Shown here: piece after piece, positions 50,901 through 64,000 of the stretch
How positions within the stretch are numbered: the stretch's first letter is position 1
How the letters are laid out: each line of letters starts with the position of its first letter
Assembly (NCBI RefSeq): GCF_032062105.1
Contig: NW_026919274.1
Location: 930,001-994,000, forward strand
Source: Saccostrea cucullata
Lineage: Eukaryota
Reading direction: 5' to 3'
DNA: 64,000 nucleotides
The notes under the pieces: generated by a model
Told to the model about the DNA's origin: nothing
Seen by the model: only the letters and a program-made list of their open reading frames with translations
The model's database searches: none
Program-made: the position numbers and the translations under genes

Positions 50901-53900
50901 ATCTTACAATAGGCAGGAAATGAGCATAGCAAAGATAAAATGCAGTAGTGTGGTGAAAAAAATTGTGCAACTCTATTATCTTCCTGGAGGACTGCTGAAT
51001 TACTCTGTTTCTATAAATAAGGATGTTCACTGGCTTTGGACACCTGTCCTCCCGTCTGCCAGAAATAACATAAAATTTGTCACCACTGTAGTCTATTTAC
51101 AGGCCCAGAGAGGGGGCATTAATTAATTATTCTGTCCCATTATCAATTTATCATGTGAAGCATAAATTGTGCTTCTTTTTGCTGTACAAAGAATTTTCAT
51201 TTCTTTTCTTTCTTTCTTTTTTTGGGGGTTTGGGGGTTGGTGGGGTTCGGTTGTTTCTGTTTCTTTATGTATGAGAGTATAAATAAAATATAAAGTAGGA
51301 GATTTTTTTAAAAAATTAATTCAGGTAAGGTGATCATTATCACTGACGGTGTAATGTAACACAGGCCCTAATTTGTAAACAGGACATATAAAATTTTAAA
51401 AGTTTAAGTAGAATTTTAAAAAGAGGTCCTTGGCCACGAGTGAAATATCATAACAAACACCAGCCCACGAAATCCCACCAATCAGAAATTAGCAAACATA
51501 GATCTTTAGGCTAATTTACATATCAATCACCACACTGTACACCGCAAGTAGTAAAAGCACGTGTTTCCTAAACCAGGAGGATTTAGTCATATTTATATTT
51601 ATAAATCTTAGTTTGACACTATCAGGAGTCTAAGTCATCTTGAAGTAAGGCTTTTGACTGTCTTGCCTCACCTATTTACCTATACCTACTTATAAGGAAA
51701 TAAGTACACAAAGCTGATCAGGTGATATGTGTAACAATCAGCTGTTGTAATGATTGTACAGAGGTGGCCACATTAAATGTACTGACAGTTAAGACGCACG
51801 ATATGTTATTGGTGTCATGTGTTGCAACTGAAAAGTGATGATGATGCGATGTTTCAAAGACAAGCAAATTAAATTATCAGTTGTAAGTTTCTGTGTATCA
51901 AGTTGACTTTTCGCAAGAATTTAAAGACACAAGACAAGTGAATTACTATAGACTTGTAAAACTGTGCCACTGTGATGAATTGTCTTCTGGGTACACTTGG
52001 CGTGAAATATGTGTGAAACTAGATGATTTAAGATTAACTTGATTGCTAATTAATTCTGTGACCTTAATTACAAACTTGAATACCATCTGAATGTTGAAGG
52101 TTAAATCGACACTAAAGATGACATCAGGAGTGCTGTTTGTTGTCAATTTCTGGTGAGTTGGTGGTTAATATTTACATTATATTTATATGTATCCATAAAT
52201 TTCTTTGAAAACTCCTTAAATTATAGCTTGTAATACATTGTATTGTCGTATGTACTTGAAACTTCATATTTTACTTTCTGCCGATGTGACAATTATTGCT
52301 TGGCCATTTTTCTTTGGTTGCAACTTCACATATATTTAGGTTGTAAATTAATAAAATTGAATGTAGACATCTTCTGTATGTCAAATTTCATTATTGGAAG
52401 AGTGAATATTTCATAAAAAGTTTCTTGAATTTAAAATTATACATGTATTTAAGAAATCCAGTTTGTTTGCTTTTATCTTTTAAATTTTCTGTATCTACTT
52501 ATTTACTCGCAAAATAAACTGTAACAGAAATAATTATTGTACAATCAGTTGTAGTATGTATATTTATCTTGCATGTTGTTAAACATGGAATCTTATATAT
52601 TTGCATCAGTGATTAGTTTATATTCTCAATAATTCATGACTTCTGTGGTTTTGTTATTTCCTCTTAGTATGAGGTGACTAAAATGTGGCCTGATGTCTAT
52701 ATCTGGTAAAGATAGGAAATTGAGGTTTGATTATCCAGTTATTATGAAGCAGTGGATTAATCATTTTGTTAAAAGATACGTAGAAATGATGAAAAAAATG
52801 TTAAAACTTTCTAACATGAAAGAAGTAATTATAGACATAGACACAGTATACACAATTTTGCTTCCATCTATCCGTAAGTTTGCAATGTAATTGAAAGCCG
52901 TTGGAAATCTCTTGTAAGCATCAATTTAATATACGCATATTCATCATAATCATGTTTTACTGTGTTTGATTTACTTTTTAAATCCTTATGGTTTTATGAT
53001 TAAGGAATCTGTCTCCAAGGCTAGAGCCATTCATCATTTCTGTTACCTATTTGTACTAACTGTATTGTTATCTCTGCAGAAGAGAGGTGGGATCATCACA
53101 AGGTGTTTTCTCTGGAAAAGTTTCCAGCATCCAGTTCAATAATGGGTGCTGATAAACGTGGGTGTGCCCCTATTGTATTTGTACTAACTGTTGTATTAGT
53201 TATAAAGGTATTGGTGACCATCGTTTATCAATCCTACTTGGGAATCAGTAAGGTCATGGTTTTGTACAGTATGTAAACTGAAGGTCATTTGGAGTGGTGA
53301 GGGAAGATATGATAAAACTAAGAAGGTTCATTAACTCTAACCAGTAACCACATACATGTATCAAGGCTTTTATAGTAAAGGAAGTTCTCCTGACACCTGT
53401 AGTCCATATAACATATGCATTGGCTGGGATAAAAGGAATCAACACTTAATTTGTTTTTCTTTGTTTTGTCTGTTTGCATTATTGCAGACATTTATAGATA
53501 TAGCATTCATTTTAGTTAAATTGTTGGGGGTTGGTGGGTGAAAGAGGGGGATGGGGTTAAGCTATAACATATTAATAGCTCCTCTAACAATTTTGAAAAT
53601 TTTGTTTTCTGTTTAAAAATGATGTTTTAAAGGCTTGCCCTCATATATATATATGCCTGTATGCATATACAGGAAAATAATGACAGTATAATATCTGAAG
53701 AGGTTTTTTTTAATGATTATAAATAGATTTTTTTAAAAAAGCTATAGAGAGAATAGATTTCCATGATATCCATTTATTTAGAAGTTCACAATAAAAAGGC
53801 ATGGTCTCAGGATCAAGATGCCATCTTGGGCTACTGTAGGTTGTTCTTTGTATTTGATATTGTTAGAGATAATAAAAATGCAGATGTACTAATTTTGAAT

Positions 53901-56900
53901 TCAGAAGCTAAACTAATTCTGACAACAAGTATCTTAATGGAAAGTAAAAGTACTGCATGATTACACAGTTTCTGCCACATGGATCAATACTAAAATTCTT
54001 ATTTTTAGAATTTTATTTTTAGAATGTTTGTAATGTTAAATTGCAGACAGTTTAAATGATTGTGTATTAGTCAGTCTGAATTTGGATCCTTTCCATGTTC
54101 ATATAAAGGCAATAAAAGAATGGATTTCAGAAATTGATTATATGGACTGTAACAAAATAAAATGACATAAAAGAGGCTAAGATTTTGGAGGAAGAAAAAA
54201 AAACATCCCAATATATTGTCAGTTTGATTATAATTATGTACTTTCAACAATGAGTAATGCTTCCTTGAAACTTGTAAAGGTTTTGTAACAAGAAATGTTT
54301 AACAGTTGTGATTCATCTGTGAACAAAATCTGGAAGGGGTCACCTCTATTTTAAAACGGGGAGACGTCACAGAAAGAACAGGGGCTGGGACTGCAATGTT
54401 TTATAAGAACTTCCTAGAACTGAAAAACTTGTTATTGTTCTGTCATATATTCTGTATATTACAGTTACTAATTGTATGTAATATCTGACTAACAACCTAC
54501 AAATTACTCTTGGCATTCTTCAGAGGACAGAACTTTCAATGATACTGACACACATATGTATTAAATGCATAAAGGTGACTTTAGAATGAAGAAATTAGCT
54601 AATTTATAAAGTTTTGAATGTTGAAATAGTGTTTTGCTGGCAGAAATGCTGCAGTAAGGCGAAATTTTTATAATAACTAATTATTCCTGAGGCATTGGTA
54701 TTAGGGAGAGGTGTGTGTGTGGGGGGGGGGGGGGGGTAAAATGAAGGAAGAAAGACTCTTTAATTTTTATAAAACAAAGTTTACTATTGTTTGATTTAAA
54801 ATTACAAATATTAACGTAGTGAACATAAAGCTAATTCTGAAGTGACATGCACAGTCATTCTTGTAAGACCACTTGGAATTTATACAGACAGAAATGATTC
54901 ATATTTTGGTGCAGTTCAAATATTAGTCTACAAAGGTATATCACTATATATTAAAATAAGCTGTTTTTTTTTTTAATCTGATTGGAATGACACACACTTT
55001 TCTTGTTAGCTTAGTCACACAGCGACAAGTTACATCGTATTTTGTGTAAGACAGGAAAAGCGTAGGGAATTTTTTTTTTCACACAGTTAAATTTGCAGTA
55101 CACCCAGTTTATCATAGGGAAAAAAATCGGAAAGAGTTATTCAGACAGTGTACAAAACACATCTAGAGCACTTATATCAAGTCTCGGAAACAGCCCGACA
55201 TAAGACAGACTACTTCACTTAGAACAATAGATTTAAAAGGCAGGATTATAAGGTCAATACATGTATGTTGCCTTATTGATCAGTCAAAATAGATACCTGA
55301 TTATTTAATTGATGTGCTGGGATTAGCTGAGGCCTTGTACTGCTTAATTAGTCAAATAATAGTGTTGTTTGTAAAAAAAAAAAAAGGACTGTTGCAGTAC
55401 AGTCCAAAGGCTAACACAGGGTCAGTTTTCTTCCCTGAGGGGGAAATGGTGTGACGGTCTCCACGGTACAAATTTGTTTCATGGTCAATCAAGTGCAGAT
55501 TTCAGCTGGAGTCAGCAGATTGGTATAAAGTAAACATAGATATGCCTCATATATCTATTGCATCATCAGTCAAATATATGGCAGAAAGCCATATCAATTA
55601 TAACAATAGCTCAAGCAATTAAAGGTGTACTGGTCTTGCATCCATTTATGGAGTTGGACCTGTATTTGAAATGTCTGACCATTGTCTAGATGAGATAATG
55701 ATTATCTAACTTAGGATCATTAAACTCCTATCTGTACATGATATCTGTAGACTGATTAAGATTCAGTGACATTGAACAGGTTATTATATTTACAAGTATG
55801 ACAGCTAGAATTGGAAACAAAGACTAGATGTAATTACAGACAAGAACAGTGTCAATTATCTACTGTCTTAGATCACCAATACAATTTTTATATCACGATG
55901 TAATTTTATATTATAGCAAAGGACATGTTTTTTCAGTTATTATCATATTTAATGATGATAAATGTGGCAGTGTCCTTTTTTCGCTTTGATGGTGAGATAA
56001 AATCTTTTGAATTATTGGTTTTCATCACTTTCTTTTTCTTTGTCAAACTCTCGGTCATTAACCTGGGGGGTTAGTTGAACCTCAGTTTGTTCTGATGAAT
56101 TCCTTTTATCAAGACTTTTATTTTGTAATGCGCTTTATGTAAAAAAAAAAAAATAATAAGTAACTATATTTTTACATGAATTTAAATACTAGCACAAATA
56201 TTTGCTTTGGGGTCATACATCATTGCATGAGCTTTGTCAAATGTCAAGGCTCATTGTTTCTATATATCTGGTTATTTTTTTTTTATTTGTTAGTGTCTCT
56301 GTCCACAACTTTAAAATAGGCTGTATTCCTGATCGACATTTGATCATCTGAGGATGAAAGATTATCTGAATTTATGGTCAAGGTCATGCTTGATTCAAAG
56401 AAAGAGGTCATATGATTGATGGTCATTCATTAATCTTGACTCCATGTGTTGGGACTTCATATGCATTGTTTGAAAACCTTATTGCTGCATATGTCAAATA
56501 TTAACAGATTTCTTGTTTTGAAACTGGTCTTGATAACCTAGTGAGTTGGGGGACAGTTTTGTGATTTGGAGGTCCTCAGGTCCAGTTCTTGGTTCCAGTG
56601 TAACATCAGAGCTAAGAAGTGACTCGCAGTTTTTTGCCATGTCTGTAAAAGTGAAAAGTTAAAGGTCTTTCAGATGTGACCTTCAAAACAGAGGTTAAAT
56701 GTCATAGTAGCTAGGTGTTGGCATATGATACATATCCCTCCCTGCTACAGCCCTTATAGCTCCATGTATAGGTGAAAATTTGTGTCTAAATGAGTGAAAA
56801 TTTCTCAAATCGACAAATGGGTGTATTGTACGTTTATTACGCTCCATAGTTATTATTACATAAAGTTAATGTGGTAAAACTTGTAAGCATTACAACATTT

Positions 56901-59900
56901 CCTCCTTGGTTAACCTCTTCTGTATTACACTGTGTTACTTCTCATTCTATCCTCCATTATACTGTTGACTGCAGATGCTGCAGGCCTCACATCCTATACA
57001 AAGGAATGTCAAAATAACTCGTTTTCTGGTTCAATATCAGTGACAAAAGGACAGCTGTTATACCCATGATTAGCCATCATTTTGTTGGGTAATCTGCCCA
57101 AAGGCTGGGATATAGGAGAGCTAGAATCTCCGAGAAGAAGGGATATTGCGTTCCATTTGCATATTCTACGTTGTTATGGTACATGGTTGATTGGAGGGTA
57201 TTGGTAATTTGTAATGTGTTTAGATCTGCTGTATTCCATTCTACATCAGATTCCTGTTGAAAGGAGAGGTGAGATGGGATTAAAACACAGGTAAGATTAA
57301 GTCAAGTTGTACCAAGGATTCTAGTAGATGGGGGTTTGAGCAGAAATCCCAATTTACTGCAAGGATCATGTCCACTTAAAAAAAAAATTGTGTATTAATT
57401 TTCCAGCAGAACTTTGATTGATGAGAGTGATATAACAATTGACACAGTGTTTAAGTGCCTTCTTTCTTTTTTACCCCTCCTCCCTTTTAAATCCATATTG
57501 CATTGTGTTTTATTGGGCGATTGTGAACAGAATCCCGAGATGCATATCTATTTCACAATCCTGTTTACGATGTAGTGTGACATACGATTTACTGGCTGTT
57601 TATTTGACAATATGCAGAGGGTTAATATTCGTAACTAGTGCACTAGTAGTGCAGGAAAAATGTTTGAGAAGCGACACAGGTAGGATGTTATTCAGTAGTC
57701 ACCTTTTGATGCATGGTTCTATAAACTGTCTGAATCTGAATATTTAGGATGTGAAATATCCTGTAGGAGCAAGGTCATTCTTAGTACAAGTACAGCTAAG
57801 TTCCTTTATTGTTCAACTATTCAACATGTTTCCAAGTACATGTACTGCTTAGTTCCTTGATTATCTCTATCAAACGTTCATGCAAGATTTTATGCATATT
57901 ATTGTGCAATGTGCATAACTGAGTGACACTGATCAAAATCTTTTTCGTTATTGATTTTCAAAAATATAAAGTTTTTTTGTTTGATGTACATGTCAGTGTT
58001 TAGTACTAGGTGAATAATTAAAGCTTAAAATGTTGTGATGTACTTGAATGATTGCTAAATTTATTGATCTATTACTGAGGGACTTGAAATTAGATGTGTA
58101 TGTGATCTGTTATAATTGATGAAACATCTGTGTCCCCATCTCTCTATGTGTACCCACAGGGAGATCATGTTCTCTATGTAATAATGTTTTATGTAAGAGT
58201 TTGCACCTGTATACCAACAAAGTGTAGTTAACAATCATTCGTTAATTGTCTGGCTATTCATAAAAGGACAAACTCCATTAAATCAGCATAAAAGATTCTA
58301 ACCACTTCACATGTGTGTGATTATATAGGCAATGGTATATTGTGGTCTTTTCATAAAACTACACATCTTCAATTGTTTCCTGATACATATATTTGTTTCT
58401 AATTTTACGATAGACCATAATGGCGCAATAGTACATACATGAAGATTTTATTTTTTTGACTGGTAGTTGGGATTTGATTTACTTTTATTATAAAATATGC
58501 CAATTTCTGTCTAATATAGATTTAATTTTGGAGGTTTGATTTCTTAGATATAGACATCATGGATCATTATGTAATGCAGTTCACTTTTTATGAGCTATGG
58601 TAATTTTTAAAATTGAGCCAATTCCATATTAAAAATATTGTATTTTCTCTTGCCTGCAGGGATTCTATTTATATGTAAAGTGTGAAATGTCAGATTTTAA
58701 TTGGAATCAGACCTCATTTCTATAAGCCAGGTGAGTTGACAAGAGACCAGTGTTATAAATGTAGCTGACCTAGAATCAGTACAAAAGCTTCTCTATAGGA
58801 CTAGTACAGCCCACTAAGGCATCACCCCATGACACAGTGATTATTTTAACTTTGGGATATAAATCTTTTTATTTATCAACAGTTGGTCACAGTAAGCAAA
58901 TAATGGATTAAAACTGGGTTGTCAGATGGTTAGAGAGTAAAATTTCATTTACTTGTTTTTTTTTAATTGAGTAGCAAGAAGGTAAAGGTCACGGCAAACT
59001 ACATAATATCATCAAGATTGTATCATAAATAGATATTTGAGGCCTACATTATATATAATACTGAGTTTGCAGATTCATGGTGCATGATTTTGCAAAATAT
59101 TTTTTTATGAATATACATACATACAGGAGCGAATAAAAATGATCTTAAAAGATAAATAAGTATTCTCACTGGTCAAATTGCATTTCATCTATACATGTCA
59201 TATGAAATTATATAATGGTATTGTCTTTTGTGCAGGAAAGGTAGACGGAAGGATAAAGATTCCCCAACCCCTCCTGCTGCAGAGGAAAGTAAACGATACC
59301 TGGAGGACACGTGTATAAAGGAACGAGTGACGGATGCCGACTTCTTCAGACTGGTATCACTTCCACACAGTCTAGATAAAAACGAGTGGCTAGCAACACA
59401 TGGTATGTAGTGAGCCTACCAATTGATATTTGTAGGTCTATGTATATACATGTACTTAAAAAATATTCAACACCTCAGTAATTCTGACCCCCCCCCCCCC
59501 ACCCCAACAGAATAAACAAACACAACATTATATTAAGTCCTTGGTCATACTGTCAATTAAATGTGTGCCTTTCATGTAGCCATTAAAGATGTAGAATTAG
59601 AAACCAAAGAAATAACTGTGTATCTTGCCTTTCATTTGAATAGTACTTGCAGTGAATCTGCTGTGGCTTAAACCTGTACAGTGGTTCAATACTGACAGAG
59701 ATGTTTAGCCTCTTCCTTTTTTTCTCTCCTTGCCAGAACACACAACTAACCAGAAATGAATTGTAATGTGTAAAAAATTACTTAAAGCTGTGCAACAAAA
59801 TTGACTGTACATATATGTAATATAATGCACTGCCTAAATTGTAATGGAAAATTGTGCATTATAGCCTTGAATCATATGCATGTTCAGCCCTTTTTACAAA

Positions 59901-62900
59901 GTAAATATTGAATAGAATTGTTGATGTTCTGAGAGAAGGAAAGAAAAAATACCCAGCAAATTGCTGCAATGCATTTGAGACAATGTGCTAGCCTACGCAC
60001 TAAAAACAACATTGTATACTATTAAACACAGGCTGTACCAAAGCATCAAATTGTGTAGAATAGACAAAAGCAGTAAAACAGTTGTGTATAGCTTAAGAAA
60101 ACTGGATCAGAGGAAAAAAACAATTGTGTAAATTTAGGGCAGATTGTACCAACACATTTAGCTGACATTGCTTGCCTTACATGATTAACATAACATTGCT
60201 TCTGATTTTATGTTATATTGTATTATCTAGTTTAACAAATTCATGTATATTTTTATTTTTCAGCAATCTCATTTTTTAATCATGTGAACCTTGTGTATGG
60301 TGTGGTGTCCGAGTACTGTAACTCAGAGACATGCAGTACCATGACAGGCCCAGGGAATGTGTAAGTATAGCCAGGCAGGGGAAGCAACTCTTACTGAAAG
60401 GGAATCGTAAAGTGTAGAATTATATAGGGAGGGGAGGTAAATCTCACTGACTTTGTATGGGGGAGAGGTATGTCAGTCTGAAAGGAAATTAGTGATGTTG
60501 GATGTATTATAATAAGCATTATGTATTAGTGGAATGAAGCAGAATTGAAGAATATAGGTGTGGGTGGATGTAAATAGTTAGATATTCAAAGAAATAAAAT
60601 ATCCAAGGGAAGTTAAAGATAGAATATAAATCAAGGAAATAAATCGGAGGAATACCAGTCATTGAGATGCACTATCTGTGTCTTCCATCTTATTCCCAAA
60701 TCCTTCTCTTCTTTTTAAACCAGGAAACAGGAATTTTGTACACAGCAGTCCTAATTCTGATTTGTTTAAGGTGATCCACCCCCGTAGTGGATTTCCCGGG
60801 AGTAAATTTCCCAACTTATTTTAGTGTTGTCAGGAATACACTATTGATTATAGGGTCATTTCCATAATAGAACAATTAACTTGGCTCTTGTTGTTTAAGG
60901 AAAAACAAGTACATATTTAACCATTTTATTTTCAAGTGCCAATATTGAAATTATAAGTTTATTGTAATAGCTTGCAAATTGATGAAATGATTTTGTGCAG
61001 TTTTTAATGTACAGAAGTACAAAAGACTTAACTCAATTTGGTAATGATGGTAGCCTGTAGCTGTATATGCATAGGACATTCGAACTTATAATAATAGAAT
61101 TAGGTAACTGTGATATCAGATGATTTATTTTATAAGGGCTTTGATGTCAAATTTACTAACAGGGTGGGGATTTTGTATGGTGACTTTGATTTGTGTATCA
61201 TATGTATACACAAGGAAATATGTTCCACATAAATGAGGTTTTATTAAAACAGTGATTTACATCAGACTATTTCTTTCCTGGAAAAGCAGCCGTGATATGT
61301 CAAATGTCAAGTATCAATATATAAAATGAGAACTTAAAAGTACATGCAATTAATAGTTCATGTTGTTGGGGAAGTTTGTTTAGTGTTATATATGCAGGTG
61401 ATCTTTAAAAAGGGACAATAAATTTGTCACAGATTTTAATTTCCAATTACTCAGTACTTGAAAAACCCAAATAAGTAAAGGTAGCATTTATAGGTATCTG
61501 AATGCATTGAATGTTTAATGAACAAACTTTGATAGCCCTTGTTTTTCCTTCTGTCCATATGGCATACGTACTCTGTGGAGCTGTATTATTGTAGTTCTGT
61601 GGAATTCCCAATCCTTTAAGCTCAGTGTTCTGTCGATGAACTCATCATTATCTCCACTGACATTCCCATCTGATTGTGTACCTACTTACTAATACTTATG
61701 TTACAACACATGAGATTATGAAGAAAAACTGTTGTTACAATAATTTCAGAGTAAAAATTTTAGGTATGGAATGTATTATTTGGTTTGACTGCAAAAAATG
61801 AAAGCATTTCATTTACAGTTGTTTTTGATATCGGATATTTTTTCGTTATAGGTTGCACAACCTAACTGCAATTAAAATGTCAAATGGTTACCTTTAGAAT
61901 TTATTTAGGCAAATTAAAGGATGTATATTGCATTGGGTTTGTCAAGTGTGAGCAAGGGTTTAGGGTTGACACAATCAGTAGCATTGATTTCTTATTATTG
62001 AGCACACATTTAACAGCTGTTTGCTTCTAAGTTTCTAATCATATTGATTACTTCTCTTATTTATTATACAGGTTACATTTTCTATGTGTTCAGAAATCAA
62101 GTATAATCAAGTGCAAAAAAACCCTACCCCCAAACACCCCATCCCCTTTTTATAGAGGGGTGAAACATATTAAAAACTATGGTACTCTGAAAGGTTACAC
62201 TAAGCAGTGTAAATCTGTTCTTTGAAAGAAATGATTATCCCAGGAAAATGGCTGCACTTAGTTCAGGAGTCCAATTTGTTTTTGTTTGGGGGGGGGAGAA
62301 ATTTTTGATCTTTTCATTGAGTATACAGCTTAAACAAGAGTTATATGATTTAAAAACTTGTAAACCAAAAGGTTCATGTCTGTATAGTCACTCCTCAATT
62401 CTGTAGTGTATGTTTGATAAATGATGATCTTCACTTCCAGGCAATTTCTGTGGTATGATGACAAAGGCAAGAAATACAAGTACAGTGCTCCTCAATATGT
62501 AGACATTGTCACCACAAACATTCAGAGAGAAATCTCCAATGAAACTGTCTTTCCTACAAAGTTTGGTAAGTCTTATCATGTGAAATTTAATTTTCTGGAA
62601 ATAATTCAAGATTTTAAATGTGTGATGTTGCGACATTGCTTATGTAGATTTAGACAGGTATTTATTTTACTTAATGGTGAACTTGTAAACTTTACTATCT
62701 TTATCTTTACCCTACACTTTGTTACCACTATGAAGAGTAAATAATTGATAAGATATACTAGTAGTTAAAATTGGGAATGTGTCACATTCCAGGTTAAATA
62801 ATAAATGTCATTGTATTTTTTATCAAAAGGGTGTAGTTTCTAGGAATCATTATATCTATTCATTATTGATGGAATAGGATAAAAATATCTATGATGTTAT

Positions 62901-63336
62901 TTGAAGCTAAATGACTAATATGAAAGTGAAAATTTTAAATATCATGTTATTCAGTCAAAGGGAGGCAACCCATTGCTAAAAACCTTATCTTTTTCTTGTA
63001 GGTCAAACTTTTCCAAGCACATTTGAGTCCACAGTGAAGAAGATTCACAAATATTTGTTCCACATTCTAGCCCATATATATCATGTACACTACAGTGACT
63101 TTGTAACACTACAGATGCACGGGCATCTAAACAGCCTGTTTACTCATTTCATGGTGTTCAATATCAAATTTGACCTTCTTGAGGAGAAAGACTACGAAGT
63201 AGTGCAGGACTTACTGAAGGGACTAATTCAGCTTCTTCCAGATCCCAATCAAAATGAGGGCAAAGAGAACACAGCGCCATCTTCAGACAAGGACAATAAC
63301 TGTGTCAGTATGGAAGTTTCTCCGACACACATATAA
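45000..63336 (+). CDS. MOB2: MOB kinase activator 2 (NDR/Hippo pathway co-factor), ~246 aa
   Basis: Exons 45000-45016 (MDWFMG), 59236-59402, 60264-60360, 62441-62565, 63002-63336; 741 nt in frame. Motifs LVSLPHSLDKNEWLATH, FFNHVNLVYGVVSEYC..TCSTM, WYDDKGKK..SAPQYVD, FPTKFGQTFP, LFHILAHIYHVH, HLNSLFTHF. Confidence 0.94.
48051..48405. mobile_element. Degenerate MITE with GGCC ends (PIF/Harbinger-like?)
   Basis: Inverted 'attgtttgtttgga.ttgcc' near both ends; GGCC termini each flanked by TTG (possible 3-bp TSD). Confidence 0.55.
50220..50509. repeat. Diverged tandem dimer of ~143 bp
   Basis: 'aaaatacaggtagaa' (tacagg at 50301 and 50444) and 'taaactgata.cactagatgcag' (50343 and 50486) recur at 143 bp. 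Confidence 0.7.
56545..56815 (+). repeat. Old tRNA-derived SINE remnant
   Basis: Degenerate tRNA-like head, then 'ggtctttcagatgtgaccttcaaaacagagg..gtgttggca..ccctccctgctacagccct' and a tail 'atgagtgaaaattttctc', recognised as similar to a common oyster SINE. Confidence 0.5.
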
Positions 63337-64000
63337 AACAATGTGATATGTAGTTATTATACATCGTAATATTTTGTGATGTGTACTTGGGATCGTTGTA
63401 TGTTACAATTATTGTTTTTGATATTTTTCGACATCAAATCGGGTGGGTGTTTTGTTAGGACAGAGATGTGATGGTTGTCCAATAAACTGGACAGATGGAA
63501 ACTTTTCATTAGGAAATGAATGCTTGAAAGCAACCTTTTTATTTTCATCGTTAACATCCTGCAGTATTTTTGGTTCATGATTTTTGAAGTAGCTTGGCCT
63601 TAGACTAAATAGGAATGATAATTCTCTTTCATTATTTAATAATTTTAGTTATTTTTTTAACTAAAAACAGCTAAAATGGCTTTCAGTTTTCAGAATTTGG
63701 CTGGGATTGGTTTGGGTGGTGAGGCCAGCTGGTAGGACAGTATATATTTGACAAGTGCTTTCCGTCCATTTTAGCAGTAATGGCTTACATCAGTTAACAC
63801 AAATAATCTTACATCAGAGCTTTTACTTAGCAAGCAGGAATCTTACTTCATTATAAATACCTCATGAATGAAATGGATATTTATTTTCGTTTGTTTTAGG
63901 AATGGATTATACTCCAGGTTTCTCCCATCACATTTGTTTTGTGAGGAAAATAACCTGCATCCTATAAGCTGCCTTGTTTCTTAAAATACTCAAACTCTTC

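Noticed and set aside
53142-53276. Short hydrophobic ORF in the MOB2 intron as an extra first exon or micropeptide
   Set aside because: Best donor is in the wrong phase, and part of it derives from a local short duplication (53047 vs 53169).

Overview
AT-rich, intron-containing animal DNA, most likely an oyster (Ostreidae); this is inferred from the pearl/HINE-type repeats, SINE remnants and gene sequences. I could splice six host genes by hand with canonical GT-AG sites and continuous frames: GXYLT (minus, runs off the window start), MGAT4C-like (minus), INTS12 (minus) head-to-head with a Rieske-domain RFESD-like gene (plus), a SIRT3-class sirtuin with a ~378-aa C-terminal extension (minus), and MOB2 (plus, 14.2-kb first intron). 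The standout object is a 5,787-bp TTAA-flanked element with short imperfect TIRs (3341-9127, Kolobok-like). It carries an intact 10-exon gene for one 870-aa protein that fuses a DDE transposase to a DEDDh/PML-like 3'-5' exonuclease, with all catalytic residues present. Other observations: (i) the palindrome TACATGTA occurs at least 29 times, and one instance appears as a 6-bp insertion between two duplicated segments, as expected for a Tc1/mariner excision footprint; (ii) several same-phase candidate alternative first exons and a candidate poison exon in MOB2 intron 1; (iii) HINE/pearl elements with 156-bp and 147-bp (dimeric higher-order) arrays; (iv) many MITEs. All coordinates were read by eye and no database search was run.
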